Source: Octopus bimaculoides
Lineage: Eukaryota
Direction: 5' to 3'
Assembly (NCBI RefSeq): GCF_001194135.2
Contig: NC_069004.1
Location: 16,624,842 to 16,676,499 of the forward strand
Length of the DNA: 51,658 nucleotides
The notes under the pieces were generated by a model. That model was not told the origin of the DNA, did not search any database, and saw only the letters and a list, made by a program, of their open reading frames with translations. The position numbers and the translations under genes are program-made. Below, one piece after another: positions 25,791 through 38,069 of the stretch. Every line of letters starts with the position of its first letter. Positions within the stretch are counted from its first letter, which is position 1.

Positions 25791-26044
25791 TTTCCAGTAC
25801 TTGGTGTTTCTAGTAATACATCAGATGGTAGTTCCAGCCAGCTTTTCTTTTGAAATATATGGCTGCTTCACATTCTTATGGGAATATTTAAACATCTTAA
25901 AACTTCTTAAGTGTGAAGTCATTCTAATAACTTTCCTCATAAAATTGCATCATTGTTTTAAGGTAATAGTTTTAATATTTTTAAAGTCAATGAATGTGTG
26001 TGCACTTGTGTAGATGTATGTATACATATACAGTTATATGCTTA

Positions 26045-26358
26045 TATTCCTTATGCGCCCTTTTAAAGCCTGGTCAGGCTCACGGGGCCCGGTTTCCCGG
26101 TTTCTATGGCGTATGTGTCCCCCCCCCCCCCAGCTGGACAGGATGCCAGTCCATCGCAGTGTTACTCAAGAATTAGAAAGAAAGAGTGAGAGAAAGTTGG
26201 GGCAAAAGAGTACAACAGGGGTCGCCACCAAACCCTACTGGAGCCTCGTGGAACTTTAGGTGTTTTTGCTCAATAAACACAACGCCTGGTCTGGGAATCG
26301 AAACCGTGATCCTCCGACCATGAGTCCACTGCCCTAACCACTGGGCCATTGCGCCTTC
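26045..26358 (-). mobile_element. tRNA-derived SINE with clear A and B boxes
   Basis: ggcgcaaTGGCCCAGTGGttaggg...GGTTTCGATTCCCagacc followed by a non-tRNA body. Confidence 0.8.
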
Positions 26359-26544
26359 ACATATGCTTATATATGCACACATTAAAAATTTCAAAACCAT
26401 TTTTTTCAGCACCAGGACAGAATTCATGGAGGTTGATATTTAGATAAAAAGATAGTGCCATGTATGCACAGTGCTAACAGTTCCATTCTTTTGTTCAAAT
26501 TTTTGCTCCAAGGTTACCCCACATTTTTGATTTGAAGCTACCGG

Positions 26545-26900
26545 TCCTGTATTATTTAATTGGGTAATTTCAAATTTATATATGAAGACATCTCACACAA
26601 GAACCATATAATTTTGAACACAGTTGTAGTGCATCTTCTATCAGGTCTGACAAATTGTTTGTACTTATAAACACAACTTTTAAATGTTCGTTCTGTTGCC
26701 CCATTATATATTTTAGGTTCATTTTTGTTGTTTGTTTCTACCTTGGTGCTGTATGCTATCAACTTTGCCTGACTGTTAAGGAGAGAAGGAAGCAGAATTT
26801 GATAATTAGTTCTGTTAAGCTTGACCACTTGGCTTATCAGCATATCTCTTACTGTGTTGTTTTCTATTAATGAAGTAGCTGGATGCCGTACTGTGACAAC
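26545..26900 (-). mobile_element. Penelope-like element GIY-YIG endonuclease remnant
   Basis: LLNSQAKLIAYSTKVETNNKNEPKIYNGATERTFKSCVYKYK..TTVFKIIW aligns with the PLE pattern C..K.IVY.A.V.....K.YIG.TE.TFK.R...H...S..IW. Confidence 0.65.
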
Positions 26901-27104
26901 AATGTATCTCAATGGTATCACAGATATGTATATAGTCCCCAAAGTAACAGCCTTGACATCTGAGCATCAAAGAGTAAACTTTTCATTATTTCTGTCAAGG
27001 TGCCTCACAGTGAAATCTAGCACTGCATTGTGAAACAAACTTCTTAACCACACAGATATATCCATGGAATAGGAAAGGTTTTTAGTGATGGAAGTTAGAC
27101 ATGT

Positions 27105-27385
27105 GGAGGCACATGGCTTACTGGTGAGGGTATAGGACTCCTGATTGTAAGGTTGTGGTTTTGAATCCTGGACCAGGTGACACATTGTAGTCTTGAGCAA
27201 AAAACTTCATTTCACTTTGCTCCAGTCCACTCAACTGACAAGAGTAATCCTGCGATGGACCAATGTATATGCCATGAAACTGAGAAACCGGCCTTTATGA
27301 GTCAGTATGATTCAAGAAGGTAACTGAACTTTTAAGGTGGTGCTCCAGTGTGGCCACAGTCAAGTGACTGAAACAAGTGAAAGAG
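27105..27385 (+). mobile_element. tRNA-derived SINE
   Basis: ggaggcacatggctta..ggttttgaatcctgg..cttgagcaaaaaacttcatttcactttgctccagtccactc. Confidence 0.7.
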
Positions 27386-28942
27386 TGTAAACACAGAAAG
27401 AGGAAAGCTGAGTCTGAAAAAAAAACAACATAAAATGGCCCTGGGTGGAGCAATTTTCACCTTTCCTGCTTGCAACACTACAGAACAATCATTTGACTCA
27501 GAGAAGACAGTTACATTCACTATCTCTAAAACACAACCAGTATACATGGAAGACTGGCAGAATCAGTAGAGCATCAGACAAAATGCCCTGTGTTATTTAT
27601 TCCTGCACCTTGCATCCTGAATTCAGATCTACTGAAGTCAACTTTTGTCTTTCATTCTTCCAGGATCAACGAATAAAGGTGATGCCATGTGGTATTTCTT
27701 CTGACTCTGTGTTCTCAGTTCAAATCCTGCTCTCGCCCACTTGTGTGACAAATTTAATCCATTGCCCTGTTTGCAACCCACCTGGTCCTTGAGTGCTTTT
27801 AGCAGAGTCCACTCTGTTGCGAGCATGCATTCAGGCCCAGTCGCCAACCTTCCTCACTTTCTACATCCCACTACTTTTGGATGACCTCTAAACGGTCATC
27901 AGAATAGCCCTTCCCTCCTAATTAAAAAAATAACACTGACAGCTTCCACACTTGACCAACACAAAAGAACATTAGATGGTTAACACTAGCCCTCCTGGGT
28001 CTCCAATCTCTCCGTTAGCAACAAATAACAGCAAACTATGCATCATGAGGCAGATTTTCTACAGCTGGATGCCCTTCCTGTTGCTAGCTTTCATGTATTT
28101 CTTAATAAAGTGATATTTACCTCCTGGTCAGACGTTTTCACAAATGATTGGAAATGAAGGGCACCACTTGTATAACGGTGTCACTCATTTACTACTTTTA
28201 CATGATGTCAAGACTAGGAAATACACAGAAAAAAAATATACAACAGGCTTCTTGCAGTTTCCCCCCTACCAAATCCACTCACAAGGCTTTGGTCAGCTCA
28301 GGGCAATTGTAAATGGCACTAGTTTAAGGTGCCATGCAGTGAGTCTGAATGTGAAACTGCTTGATTTCTAACATCTTCGCTATAGCATCATTCTTCAACT
28401 TGAATTCCAATTTTAACTCTTTTGCGATTGGATTTCTAATGAAGTTCAATGTCTTAATGTTTCAATAAATTTTGAAATGGATCAACAACTTGATATAGTA
28501 TTTTAGATTAGTCATTTGGCAGAATCATTAGTGCATCAAACAAAATTATGTGTTGTATTTCTTCCAGCTCTTTGCATTCTGGGTTCAAATCCTGCTGAAT
28601 TATAGTAGCTTCCTTTCCGCCTTCTACACTTCATAACTGTTGCAGTTGATCATAAATTACATCATGCTCCTATAGAGTTATGGTTTAGATACAAGGCCCA
28701 GAAAACTGGGCTTAAAAGCATTCAACTACTGTTATCAGTGAATACAAAGAAATGCAAATATCTAAAGAAAACAAACAGGTTGTTTTTATTTTTCTTCATT
28801 AGAATTGAATTGGGAAATAAATAATGTCTCTAAAAGTGAATTTGTTTCAAAATTTTAAAAAATCATTCCAAGTCAATAAATTTGCAACTTTTATTTGAAC
28901 TTGGTTTAGTTCAAAGCTACCTAGAACCATTCCCAGTCTTAT

Positions 28943-30262
28943 CTAGACACCTTGTGATACAAATCTATATGTACTGATAGTTTTTTCATAAAGTTTGTTT
29001 CTTGGATGATAGAGACTAGAATAAATTGATACTTCTTCTTCGTTCTCCATCTCCAAATGAAAAATCTTTACCGTAACTTCATGGAATTCTTCTCCAAACA
29101 GGTTTTCTTCCACAAACTGATCTGCTTCCTTCAGATCATGTTTCAGGCTGGTCACATGACAACATTCAATAGAGTTGTAGTAAGGGTCAACAACATACAT
29201 TAAAAGATTAAATACAACGATTATGACAGGTTCACCAGTTGCAACGAAAGGCCTTATGGGAGAACTAAACAAATAGCAACCAACAATTACTGGGAAAAAC
29301 ATAGAGAAGATCCAAGTAATAATGGCCCTTATGGTGTGACCATGATTCCATTGACTGATTTGATGACAGGCAATTGCTTCAATGTTGTTCCAGTTCAGAA
29401 GCTTCCAGCTAAATGCTTCTGCATCTTCTTTTGTATGATAGAAATATCTGTCAATTCTTATGGTCTTACGAAACAGAATTTGATGAAATAAAGCAAGATT
29501 AAACTGTATAAAATTTGGCCTTACTGGTTTAGATGTTAATTCTACATTTTTTATATTGATATCAGCAAGACTTGCAATACGTCTCACGCTGTTTCGAAAT
29601 ACATCATTTAATTCTTGAGGTTTTGAAGTTATTTCATTCCATAAACTAATTAAAACAATAAATGGAATTAAGGCAGTCCAGACATATAAGAGGAAGAGAC
29701 CGCCAATGATGTGATGACCAGCAAGGAAAATGGTGAGCAGGGATAAAAAAAAGACTAAGCTTAAGTTTAGCTGCACAAAATGGTTAAAAAAAAAACTTGA
29801 TATTGATTCGGAGGGAAAGTGATATGAATTTTTCAAAATAAAATTGATGTAGGACCACTTGAACATGTGGTAAATTATGTAAAATAAACTCATGCAAATT
29901 GTGATCATGTATGTCCTAAAAACATCATTGTTTACAAAATTGCCCTTTGGGAAAAAAATACTTAAAACAATCCACTGGGAATGTAGAAAGTCTTCAATGT
30001 AAACTGAAGTTACAAAAGAACATTTGATTAAAGCAAGGAAGCAGTAGAAATAGATTCGGTGAGATTGATACGATTTTAGCTCATCAAAACTTTCCTGTGT
30101 GAATGGAATTCCTCTCCGAAGTGGTGGAGTTTTAAGTCCATTTAAATATAATTTATAATGAAAGGCAAGTATAAATTTCAATATCAATATTATCCAGTTC
30201 CAAACAACACCCAGCTGGAAAATGGTTTCAAATCCAAGTACGATATTTGGTAATAGACCCAT
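28943..30262 (-). CDS. ZMPSTE24-like: Divergent intronless CAAX prenyl protease 1 (ZMPSTE24/Ste24, peptidase M48A) homolog, predicted catalytically inactive, 439 aa
   Basis: Uninterrupted ORF with an in-frame TAA two codons upstream of the ATG and AATAAA about 48 nt after the stop (28890-28895). Colinear by-eye matches to human ZMPSTE24: [13 protein letters not shown]~[26 protein letters not shown]~[24 protein letters not shown]~[32 protein letters not shown]~[30 protein letters not shown]~FEFQADAF; SLYHP~YSHP. Multiple hydrophobic TM segments. Confidence 0.85.
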   Translation of the reverse strand: [439 protein letters not shown]

Positions 30263-31049
30263 ATTTTATAAATGTGGCCAATACTTCTGGATAACCCTTA
30301 TTTTCTTGAAAGTTTCTCACATTTCAAGCATGTTGTGATGACATCATGACATTGATGATGTCATAGCTGTTAAGATGAACTTCATGTGACTGAACATTTT
30401 CACATTACATCTACTTTCATGTAATACAGAAATTTAGCAGCTGACTAAAATTAAAATAGCACAAAAAGAAGAAATAAAGAAAATGGAAGGGCCAAACTGA
30501 CAATAGAAAGAAAAAAAAGTAGTAAGTTATCTTTCAAAATCAGACAAGAAATATAGTTAATTTTGAATCAGTGATATCTCTTATCAGATAATATTATTGA
30601 CTTCAGGAGAGAAAAAAATTACCATGAATATTATTATATAAAGAGCTGAACCAGTGGATATATTTTATGCTATGAAAGAAGAAATCTAACACCTAAAGTC
30701 TCAGAACTTTTTGTCTTAAAAAGCGAAGTCTTTTCTTCCTCATAGCATAAAATTTATTCCACAGAATATTGCTAACTTCCTTGAATTCTATCATTTGTAA
30801 ATATTTAAGCTAAGTGAAATCATTACCTTGTAGATGTAAAGAGTTTATCTCTGCTCAATAACAATAACTTATGCACAAAGCCAGTAATTTTTAAGTGAGA
30901 GATATAGTTAACATCAATTTCAGTATTTGACTGGAATTTATCTGAGAGGAAGAAAGGCAAAAGTTGACCTTGGTAAGATTTGAACTCAGCATCAAGGCAT
31001 GTTTCGCAATTCTGCCACTGCACCACACTAGTAATAATAATAATGATGA

Positions 31050-31260
31050 TGTCTTATATAGGCACAAGGCCAACAAATTCAAGAGGAGAGGTCAGTCAAT
31101 TACATCAACCTCCAGCACTTTGCTGATATTTTATCTTATTAACCCCAGAGGGATGAAAGGCAAAGTTGACCAAGGCATAGTTTGAACTCAGAACATAAAG
31201 GGACAGAACAAGTACCACATGGTATTTTTTCTGAAGCCCTAATGATTATGCCACTCCACT
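31050..31260 (-). mobile_element. SINE (family of 827-1046)
   Basis: gggatgaaaggcaaagttgacc..tttgaactcagaac on the + strand is the reverse complement of the SINE body. Confidence 0.65.
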
Positions 31261-31724
31261 ACACTAATAATCATTATCATCATCATCATTATGGTGGTGG
31301 TAGGGGTGGTGGTGATGATGATTAGTAGGAGACCCATGAAATTATTTACATTTTTTTAATAAACGTTTTCAATTCTGTTCTGATACATGAATTTATACAT
31401 CTTCAGGACATTTGTTTCATTATTTTAAAGATTTCTATCATGTCTTCAATTTCGTTCCATGGTCGAGGCTGTTGAAGGCACAACACACTGCAAAATATTA
31501 CTTCAAACACAGGCTCATGAAACCAATTTTGAGGAAGAAAGAGTGCAGTCAATTAAATCAATTCCAATACTTACATTTTATAGCCTATGAAGGAGGACAG
31601 AAAAAGTTGACTGTGATGGGATTGGAAATCAGAACAACTAAATATCACGGGACATTTTGTTAAATGCTCATTTCCTCATAGGAATATTATTTTTTTCATT
31701 TTGATATTCATGCACTGAAATATC

Positions 31725-31940
31725 AGTTTCAAATTTTGGCACAAGGCCAGCAATTTTGGAGGAGGAGATAAGTTGATTACATCAAGCCCAGTGCTCAACT
31801 GGTGCTTATTTTATTAACCCTAGAAGGATGAAATGCAAAATCAACCTCATACGAATTTGAACTCAGAATATAAAAACAGATGAAATGCCACTGAGTATTT
31901 TTCCCAGTGTGCTAATGATTCTACTAGCTCACCACCTTCA
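31725..31940 (-). mobile_element. SINE (family of 827-1046)
   Basis: ggatgaaatgcaaaatcaacctc..tttgaactcagaa..ctagctcaccaccttc. Confidence 0.7.
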
Positions 31941-32688
31941 TACACAGAATGAGAAACAAATTCTATAAACACCAAAAGACAATACATATGATGTGTGTCT
32001 GTATATTCAATACTATATATTCTCCTCCCCTCTACCACTAGACAGACAAACCTCCCACATCAAACATAGCCAAAACTGACACAATTTTCTTCCTGTTTGC
32101 TCAACTACCATATCAGACTAGGGACCATCAGTCACTACATCCACTTTTGACCCTATCTTAATCTGTCACTCTCTTAAAGAAATTACCTATCCTCTCCTTC
32201 CCTCGAGATCTACTATCTATATTGTACCTTATACTCACTGCCTTGTACTTGAAAGTTCACTCTGACACCCTAGCACTATCATCTTTATCTCCTTTCCAGC
32301 TACTCTCACCTCTCACATAATGTTGGGTAGCCTTGTATTTCCTTTATAGCAAAACACCTGTTCTTGTCCTGCTGTCATACCTCTCAACACTTGATATAAA
32401 ACCCCATTCCCCACTCTCTCTTTCTCTCTCAAATACACCTTCATGTAGTTGAGGAGGCTTTTTCCTTTAACTTTCTTTTCTTTATCTTGCAAGTTACTTG
32501 GCCACCTCACTAGTGCTGGTATCACAAAAAATGCATGGAGTACACACTATAAGGTGGTTGACATTAGGAAGGGTGTCTGTGTCAAAGCTAACATTGGGGC
32601 AGTTCTGCAGCTCACTGGAGCCTGTCAAACTGTGTCCAGCCCATGCCAGCATGGAAAATGTATGTTAAATTATGATGAAGATAATGGT

Positions 32689-32725
<37 letters not shown>

Positions 32726-34222
32726 AAAGGGATTAAAAATCCAGGCAGATATCAATAAAGCACTGTTTGAAATGAATTTGGTTAACTATATCAAACAATC
32801 AGACACCAATAAATGCAAGCAGAATATACATCCAAAATGATTTATCATGTATGACAAATAGATCCAAATATTATTTAGAAGAATTTCAAGAAATTCAGAG
32901 TATTAGACAAAAAAATACAGATAGAGAAAATCACATTTTTAATTGTTGAATTCACCATACAAAGCTGACAATTGTTTCTATTGTTTTAACATACTTAGAG
33001 ATAGAAAATATTGAAATTAGTATATCCAAAAATACATGTTAACACATTTTCAAGGTGATCCAGATTTAGTTAAATATTTCCAGTACACAAATGCATACAA
33101 AAAGAATGTTAAGAAGAAATATAATCTGAGGAAAGCTGATTTTATATTCAGCTCTTGGCGATGTCAATGGCTAACGAAAGAATAAAAAATAAACATAAGA
33201 ATTTTACATTACAACAATTAGAAACACAGATCCTATGTCATGACAATTAGTTATCTATCTATTAAATATAGTAAACTTTTTAAGAAAAATTATGCTTATT
33301 ATATAACATATGAAAAGCAATTAAAATTAAGAATTGAAATATTTAAACACCTTCCGAAATTTCTGACAACATTTCATTGTAAGATTCCCATGAAAATTTA
33401 ATAAAATTAATTTAGAAGTAATTATATAATACATTTCTTCACCGTAAAGATCACATGTAGAATTTCCAATATTGTATGATGGTGTGTAACTAATAATGGA
33501 CCACTTTAAATCATACTTAATGTTTTTATCTTTTAAATCTCAAATGCGTTTACTACGATTTGTAGAATTACTTTTCTTTTATACTTAAATGAATCAGAAT
33601 GATTGTGAAATCTAGATTTCTAATTTGTAGCAGATGAACCTATGTAATAATACTTATGATCCCCTGTTATTCCTTTACATTGATAAACTACTTTTCCTTA
33701 AACACTGATTTTCTATCGGACAAACAATTTTGTTTTTGAAATTATACAGGCATTTATTCACTTTTGTTTGGTACTCGTAGTTAAAAGAATTCTTATTAGT
33801 CCTCCTCTCAGAATATTACATAGTATAATACACCATTCACATACTCAATAGCTACCAATATTCTTCAACAATTCTTTGCTGCACCAGGTATTTCCCACCT
33901 TCAAATAAATATGGGAAATTATTTAATCACCATATTATAAAATTTTCGTGTTCAACCACTAGAAATTTAGCTGAGATTATAACAGCACATAATAAACAGA
34001 GAATTGGGGAATGTCTTAACTCAAAATCTATAAAAGCTAAGGAGCTAGAAACATCGACATCTGAGAATCCTGATAGATAATAACACAGAACAGACAGGGT
34101 GTTTTTACATCTTTTTGACCATAAGAGAAAATTTACTCTACAGTCAGTGCAGGGAATTTGCCTTTTAGCAGTTGAAATATGTCACAAACGTATTTTAAAT
34201 AACCTAAACTTTGCACACACAC

Positions 34223-34257
<35 letters not shown>

Positions 34258-34269
34258 CAGACAGACAAA

Positions 34270-34620
34270 TTGGTAATTAAGGGCCTCTCCCTCAAAGTGA
34301 AAGGCAAATTGTATGATGCTTGTGTATATACAGCTATGCTAGATAGCAGTGAAACATGGGCTATGACTACAGAGGACTTGTGAAAGCTTGAAAGAAATGA
34401 AGTCACCATGCTCAGCTGGATGGGTAATGTCAGTGTACACATACAACAGTGTAAATGATGTAAGAGGAAAACTGGGTAGAAGAGGCATCAGATGTGTGCA
34501 AGAGAGAACTGGTTTGGTCATGTGATGCATATGGATGAGGACAGCTGTTTAAAGAAGTATCAATTTCTAATTGTGGAGGGAACAAGGGACTGGGACTTGT
34601 GGTGATTTGCTGTATTTGAG
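34270..34620 (+). mobile_element. RTE-clade LINE 3' fragment
   Basis: LVIKGLSLKVKGKLYDACVYTAMLDSSETWA..LERNE..MLSWM, WFGHV-like motif. Paralogous to 39100-39450. Confidence 0.75.
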
Positions 34621-34962
34621 AAGACACATCAAGCTAAATAAAATCGCAGCCATCCATACATACAGACATGTCCTTTATGGCCATACCCCACTCCCTCTCC
34701 TAGCTGAGAGGTCATTGTCTTTCAGGTGCTGGTGCCATGTAAAATGCACTCATACCTGTGCAACATAGATGCACCTGTGCCAGTGACATGTAAAAAGCAC
34801 CCAGCATACTCTGTAATGTGGTTGGCAGTAATAAAGGAATCAAGCTAAGAAACCATGCCAAAACAGATAATTGGAGTTTGGACAGCTCTCCAGTTCCTGT
34901 CAAACTGTCCAACTCATGCCAGCAGGGAAAATGGATATTAAATGATGATGATGATGATGATG

Positions 34963-35002
<40 letters not shown>

Positions 35003-35634
35003 TGTAGGTATAGATGTGTGATTAAGAAACTTACCTCACCAATAAATGGTTGTCCTACTGTGCAGCATCTTGCAAAGATTGATCAAAGCCCTATAAGTGG
35101 ACTTGGTACGGAGAAAGAAGCTCGTCATATACACGTGTGTGTGTGTGGTGGGGTGTACATGTTTACAATTATGCTTCTTTGAGAATTGTCACTATTTCCT
35201 CTGTCAACAAATCGTCCACTGGCTTTTTGTGCTTTTGAAGATATGCGGAATAAGAAATCCCTTACTTGAAAAACAGATAAGGGTTAGTTACAGGAAGCAC
35301 AATGATTATATGGAAAAAGAAGCATATTGATTGCAAACTAATGAATACACACACACACACACACACACATACCTACAAACCTGCATATGGATGTTTAGGT
35401 GGTAAGGGCTTTATCTTAATATTATTTTCTTCAGTCTTGGCACTTAGAATTGGATGGCAACTGTAACTAAGCAATCTTATTTAAAGAAGGCACTGCTCAC
35501 CCAGGAAGGAGCTGGTAAAGTTGTCTCAAATATTGCCTGCCCCTACAAGGTGGTCTGTTAGCCACAACTGGTGGTTGTTCGATTCAGTAGAGCAACAATC
35601 GTAAAAATGTAAACAAATGAAAGATACATGTATA

Positions 35635-36000
35635 CAGGGTGTTAAGCGAAATTTGAAAATTTTTTAATGTCACCTTTCTTCATAAACAGCTTGATGCGAA
35701 CAGTCAACAGTGTTGGAGAGCATAAAGATTAAAGTTGTAGTTGGGAAAAAGTTAGCTGACGTGGAGGACTCAAAGCTATCTGAATATCGGAGAATTGTTA
35801 CCTGTATCATGTTGATTCATGCTGGATATCAAAATGCCAGCATCATGGCTGCTGTTCAATGCTGTGTGAACACCATAAAGACTGTAAGAAATGACATGGA
35901 CAGCAGCAATGGAGACTATGAAGCTGTGGCCAACAAGAAGGGAGACAGCAGCCATTCTGGCTGTGTCTGTATACTGGAACTCATCCTCACATCCTTGAAC
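35635..36000 (+). mobile_element. maT/Tc1-like transposon 5' fragment (TIR plus HTH-coding start)
   Basis: ta|cagggtgttaagcgaaatttga TIR. xEDSKLSEYRRIVTCIMLIHAGYQNASIMAAVQCCVNTIKTVRNDMDSSNGDYEAVANKK resembles a Tc1/maT N-terminal HTH. Confidence 0.65.
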
Positions 36001-36174
36001 AGGACAAAGACAAATGAACTTGATGCACAAAAAGCTTTGTCATTGTCACCCATCAGGATTGGTTTGGTAGCCACATAAGAAATATTTGGTTGCTTTGGGT
36101 TTACAGCAGATAAGTGAATAAACAAGAGGAGACAACACTCAATCATCAGATTCACACATTCTGCAGCACATCGA

Positions 36175-36760
36175 CAAGGTGTCTGACAGTTTGCATATAA
36201 AGAAAAGAAAACAATATTCCATCCAAAAATAAATATATTTAAAACAAATCTAAAGATGTCAACTAGATTATGGCTGGAAGATAAAAGTTTATTCAAAATA
36301 GCTACCCTCAGCTTCCACCATGGCCTTGAGACTGCTCCAGAACCTGGTGCATGTGTTCTTCACTGTGTCCCTGAGAAGATCTTCAAACACCTCCTTGATT
36401 TCCGCCACCATCTCGGTCTTGATGTTGCAGGTAGAGTGGTTAGTGTCTTTCTCAACTGTATCCCACACATAGTAATCTATGGGATTACAATGGGGTGGGA
36501 GGGATTACGAGGCCAGTAATTGGGGCTGGTGAAGTCATAGAAATTCTCCAACAACCACTTCTGACTCTTTCTAGATGAATCCTGAGGGCCACACATGACC
36601 TTCCAATAGCAACCCTCTCCAGCCAGGATTTGACCACAGTCTCCAGTAGCTTCACAGTCATTTGAATTGAGTCCAAGGTCTTGTTGAAGGATGTAGGATT
36701 GATTTCTGGCCATGTGGACCACAGTACAATGTCTTCGAGTGACATTTTTAACAAACTCCT
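36175..36760 (-). mobile_element. maT (DD37D) transposon 3' fragment
   Basis: LVKLLETVVKSWLERVA.G....QD..SRKSQKWLLENFYDFTSPNYWP...CNPIDYYVW, colinear with 3651-4320 including the 3' UTR. Confidence 0.8.
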
Positions 36761-37357
36761 TTCTTTTTCAGTTATTTGTTTAAATGATTTGAGATTGCTG
36801 TGCTTTTGTTTTGAGAATTTTCCTTTTTCTGGGAATCATAACATCAACCAGAACCTTACTGGAACAAGTTTAATGCATATAGCTTCTTTTATTAATGTTT
36901 ATTCACTGAATTGTTTCTTTGTTCATTACTGGTACTTATGCTATCAACCTTCAACTCAAAAACAAAACTGAATAAATAAATAAATACTGACACATAAATA
37001 TTTAATCTTACCCTGTGCAATCTCTTCACCCTCTCTGTTCTGTAAAGTTAAATATTTTGATCTAGCAAGATCAAAATTTATTTGAGTACACGTATGAGCA
37101 TTTACTTACATGAAATTTGTGATATGAATTAACAAAAGAGCCTCCACATAGTTGTTCAACTTGCTAAAATAGCAGTGGAATCTCCTTGAAACAGCACCTT
37201 CGAAAGCAAGGATAACTCCCACCTTCCTTCTATTTTAGTGTTGGTAGCCCTGAAAATGGTTTTGGGTGTTGCCCTCCCTTCTTGAACTAAGTTATATATA
37301 TATATATATATAACAGTGCTATATATATAACAGTGCTATATATATATATATATATAT

Positions 37358-37628
37358 NNNNNNNNNNNNNNNNNNNNNNNNNNNNNNNNNNNNNNNNNNN
37401 NNNNNNNNNNNNNNNNNNNNNNNNNNNNNNNNNNNNNNNNNNNNNNNNNNNNNNNNNNNNNNNNNNNNNNNNNNNNNNNNNNNNNNNNNNNNNNNNNNNN
37501 NNNNNNNNNNNNNNNNNNNNNNNNNNNNNNNNNNNNNNNNNNNNNNNNNNNNNNNNNNNNNNNNNNNNNNNNNNNNNNNNNNNNNNNNNNNNNNNNNNNN
37601 NNNNNNNNNNNNNNNNNNNNNNNNNNNN
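37358..37628. other. Assembly gap (N run) next to a TA microsatellite
   Basis: Run of n. Confidence 0.99.
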
Positions 37629-37904
37629 TCAGTAGCATTTCTCCTGTCTCTTTCTCAATCTATTCTTTTATTTTTTTTTTATATGCTTCAGTCATTTGAT
37701 GGCAGCCATACCGAAACACCACCTTTAAAGGGTTTTAGTCAGAGAAATCAACCCCAGGATTTATTCTTTGTAAGCCTAGTACTTATTCTATTGGCCTCTT
37801 TTACCAAACCACTAAGTTATGGGGACATAAACACACCAACATCGGTTATCAAGTGAGGGGGGGGGGACAAGCACAAATACAAAAACACACATAAATATAT
37901 GATG

Positions 37905-38035
37905 GGCTTCTTTCAGCTTCCGTCTACCAAATCCACTCACAAGGCTTTGATCGACCTGAGTCTATAGTAGAAGACACTTGCTCAAAGTGCCACGCAGTGG
38001 GACTGAACCTGGAACCATGTGGTTGGGAAGCAAGA
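37905..38035 (-). mobile_element. SINE fragment (cttgcttcccaaccacatggttcc..caaagccttgtgagtggatttggtagac family)
   Basis: Shared with 28250-28310 and 35010-35140. Confidence 0.7.
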
Positions 38036-38069
38036 AAATTCCTGGTTCATCAGAAATTACTGCTGATGA

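Noticed and set aside
26270-26358. tRNA-like sequence with A and B boxes
   Set aside because: SINE head joined to a non-tRNA body, with no proper acceptor stem. Not called a tRNA gene.
35030-35095. Strong minus-strand donor GAG|gtaagt
   Set aside because: Lies in a degraded SINE copy and has no coding or junction support.
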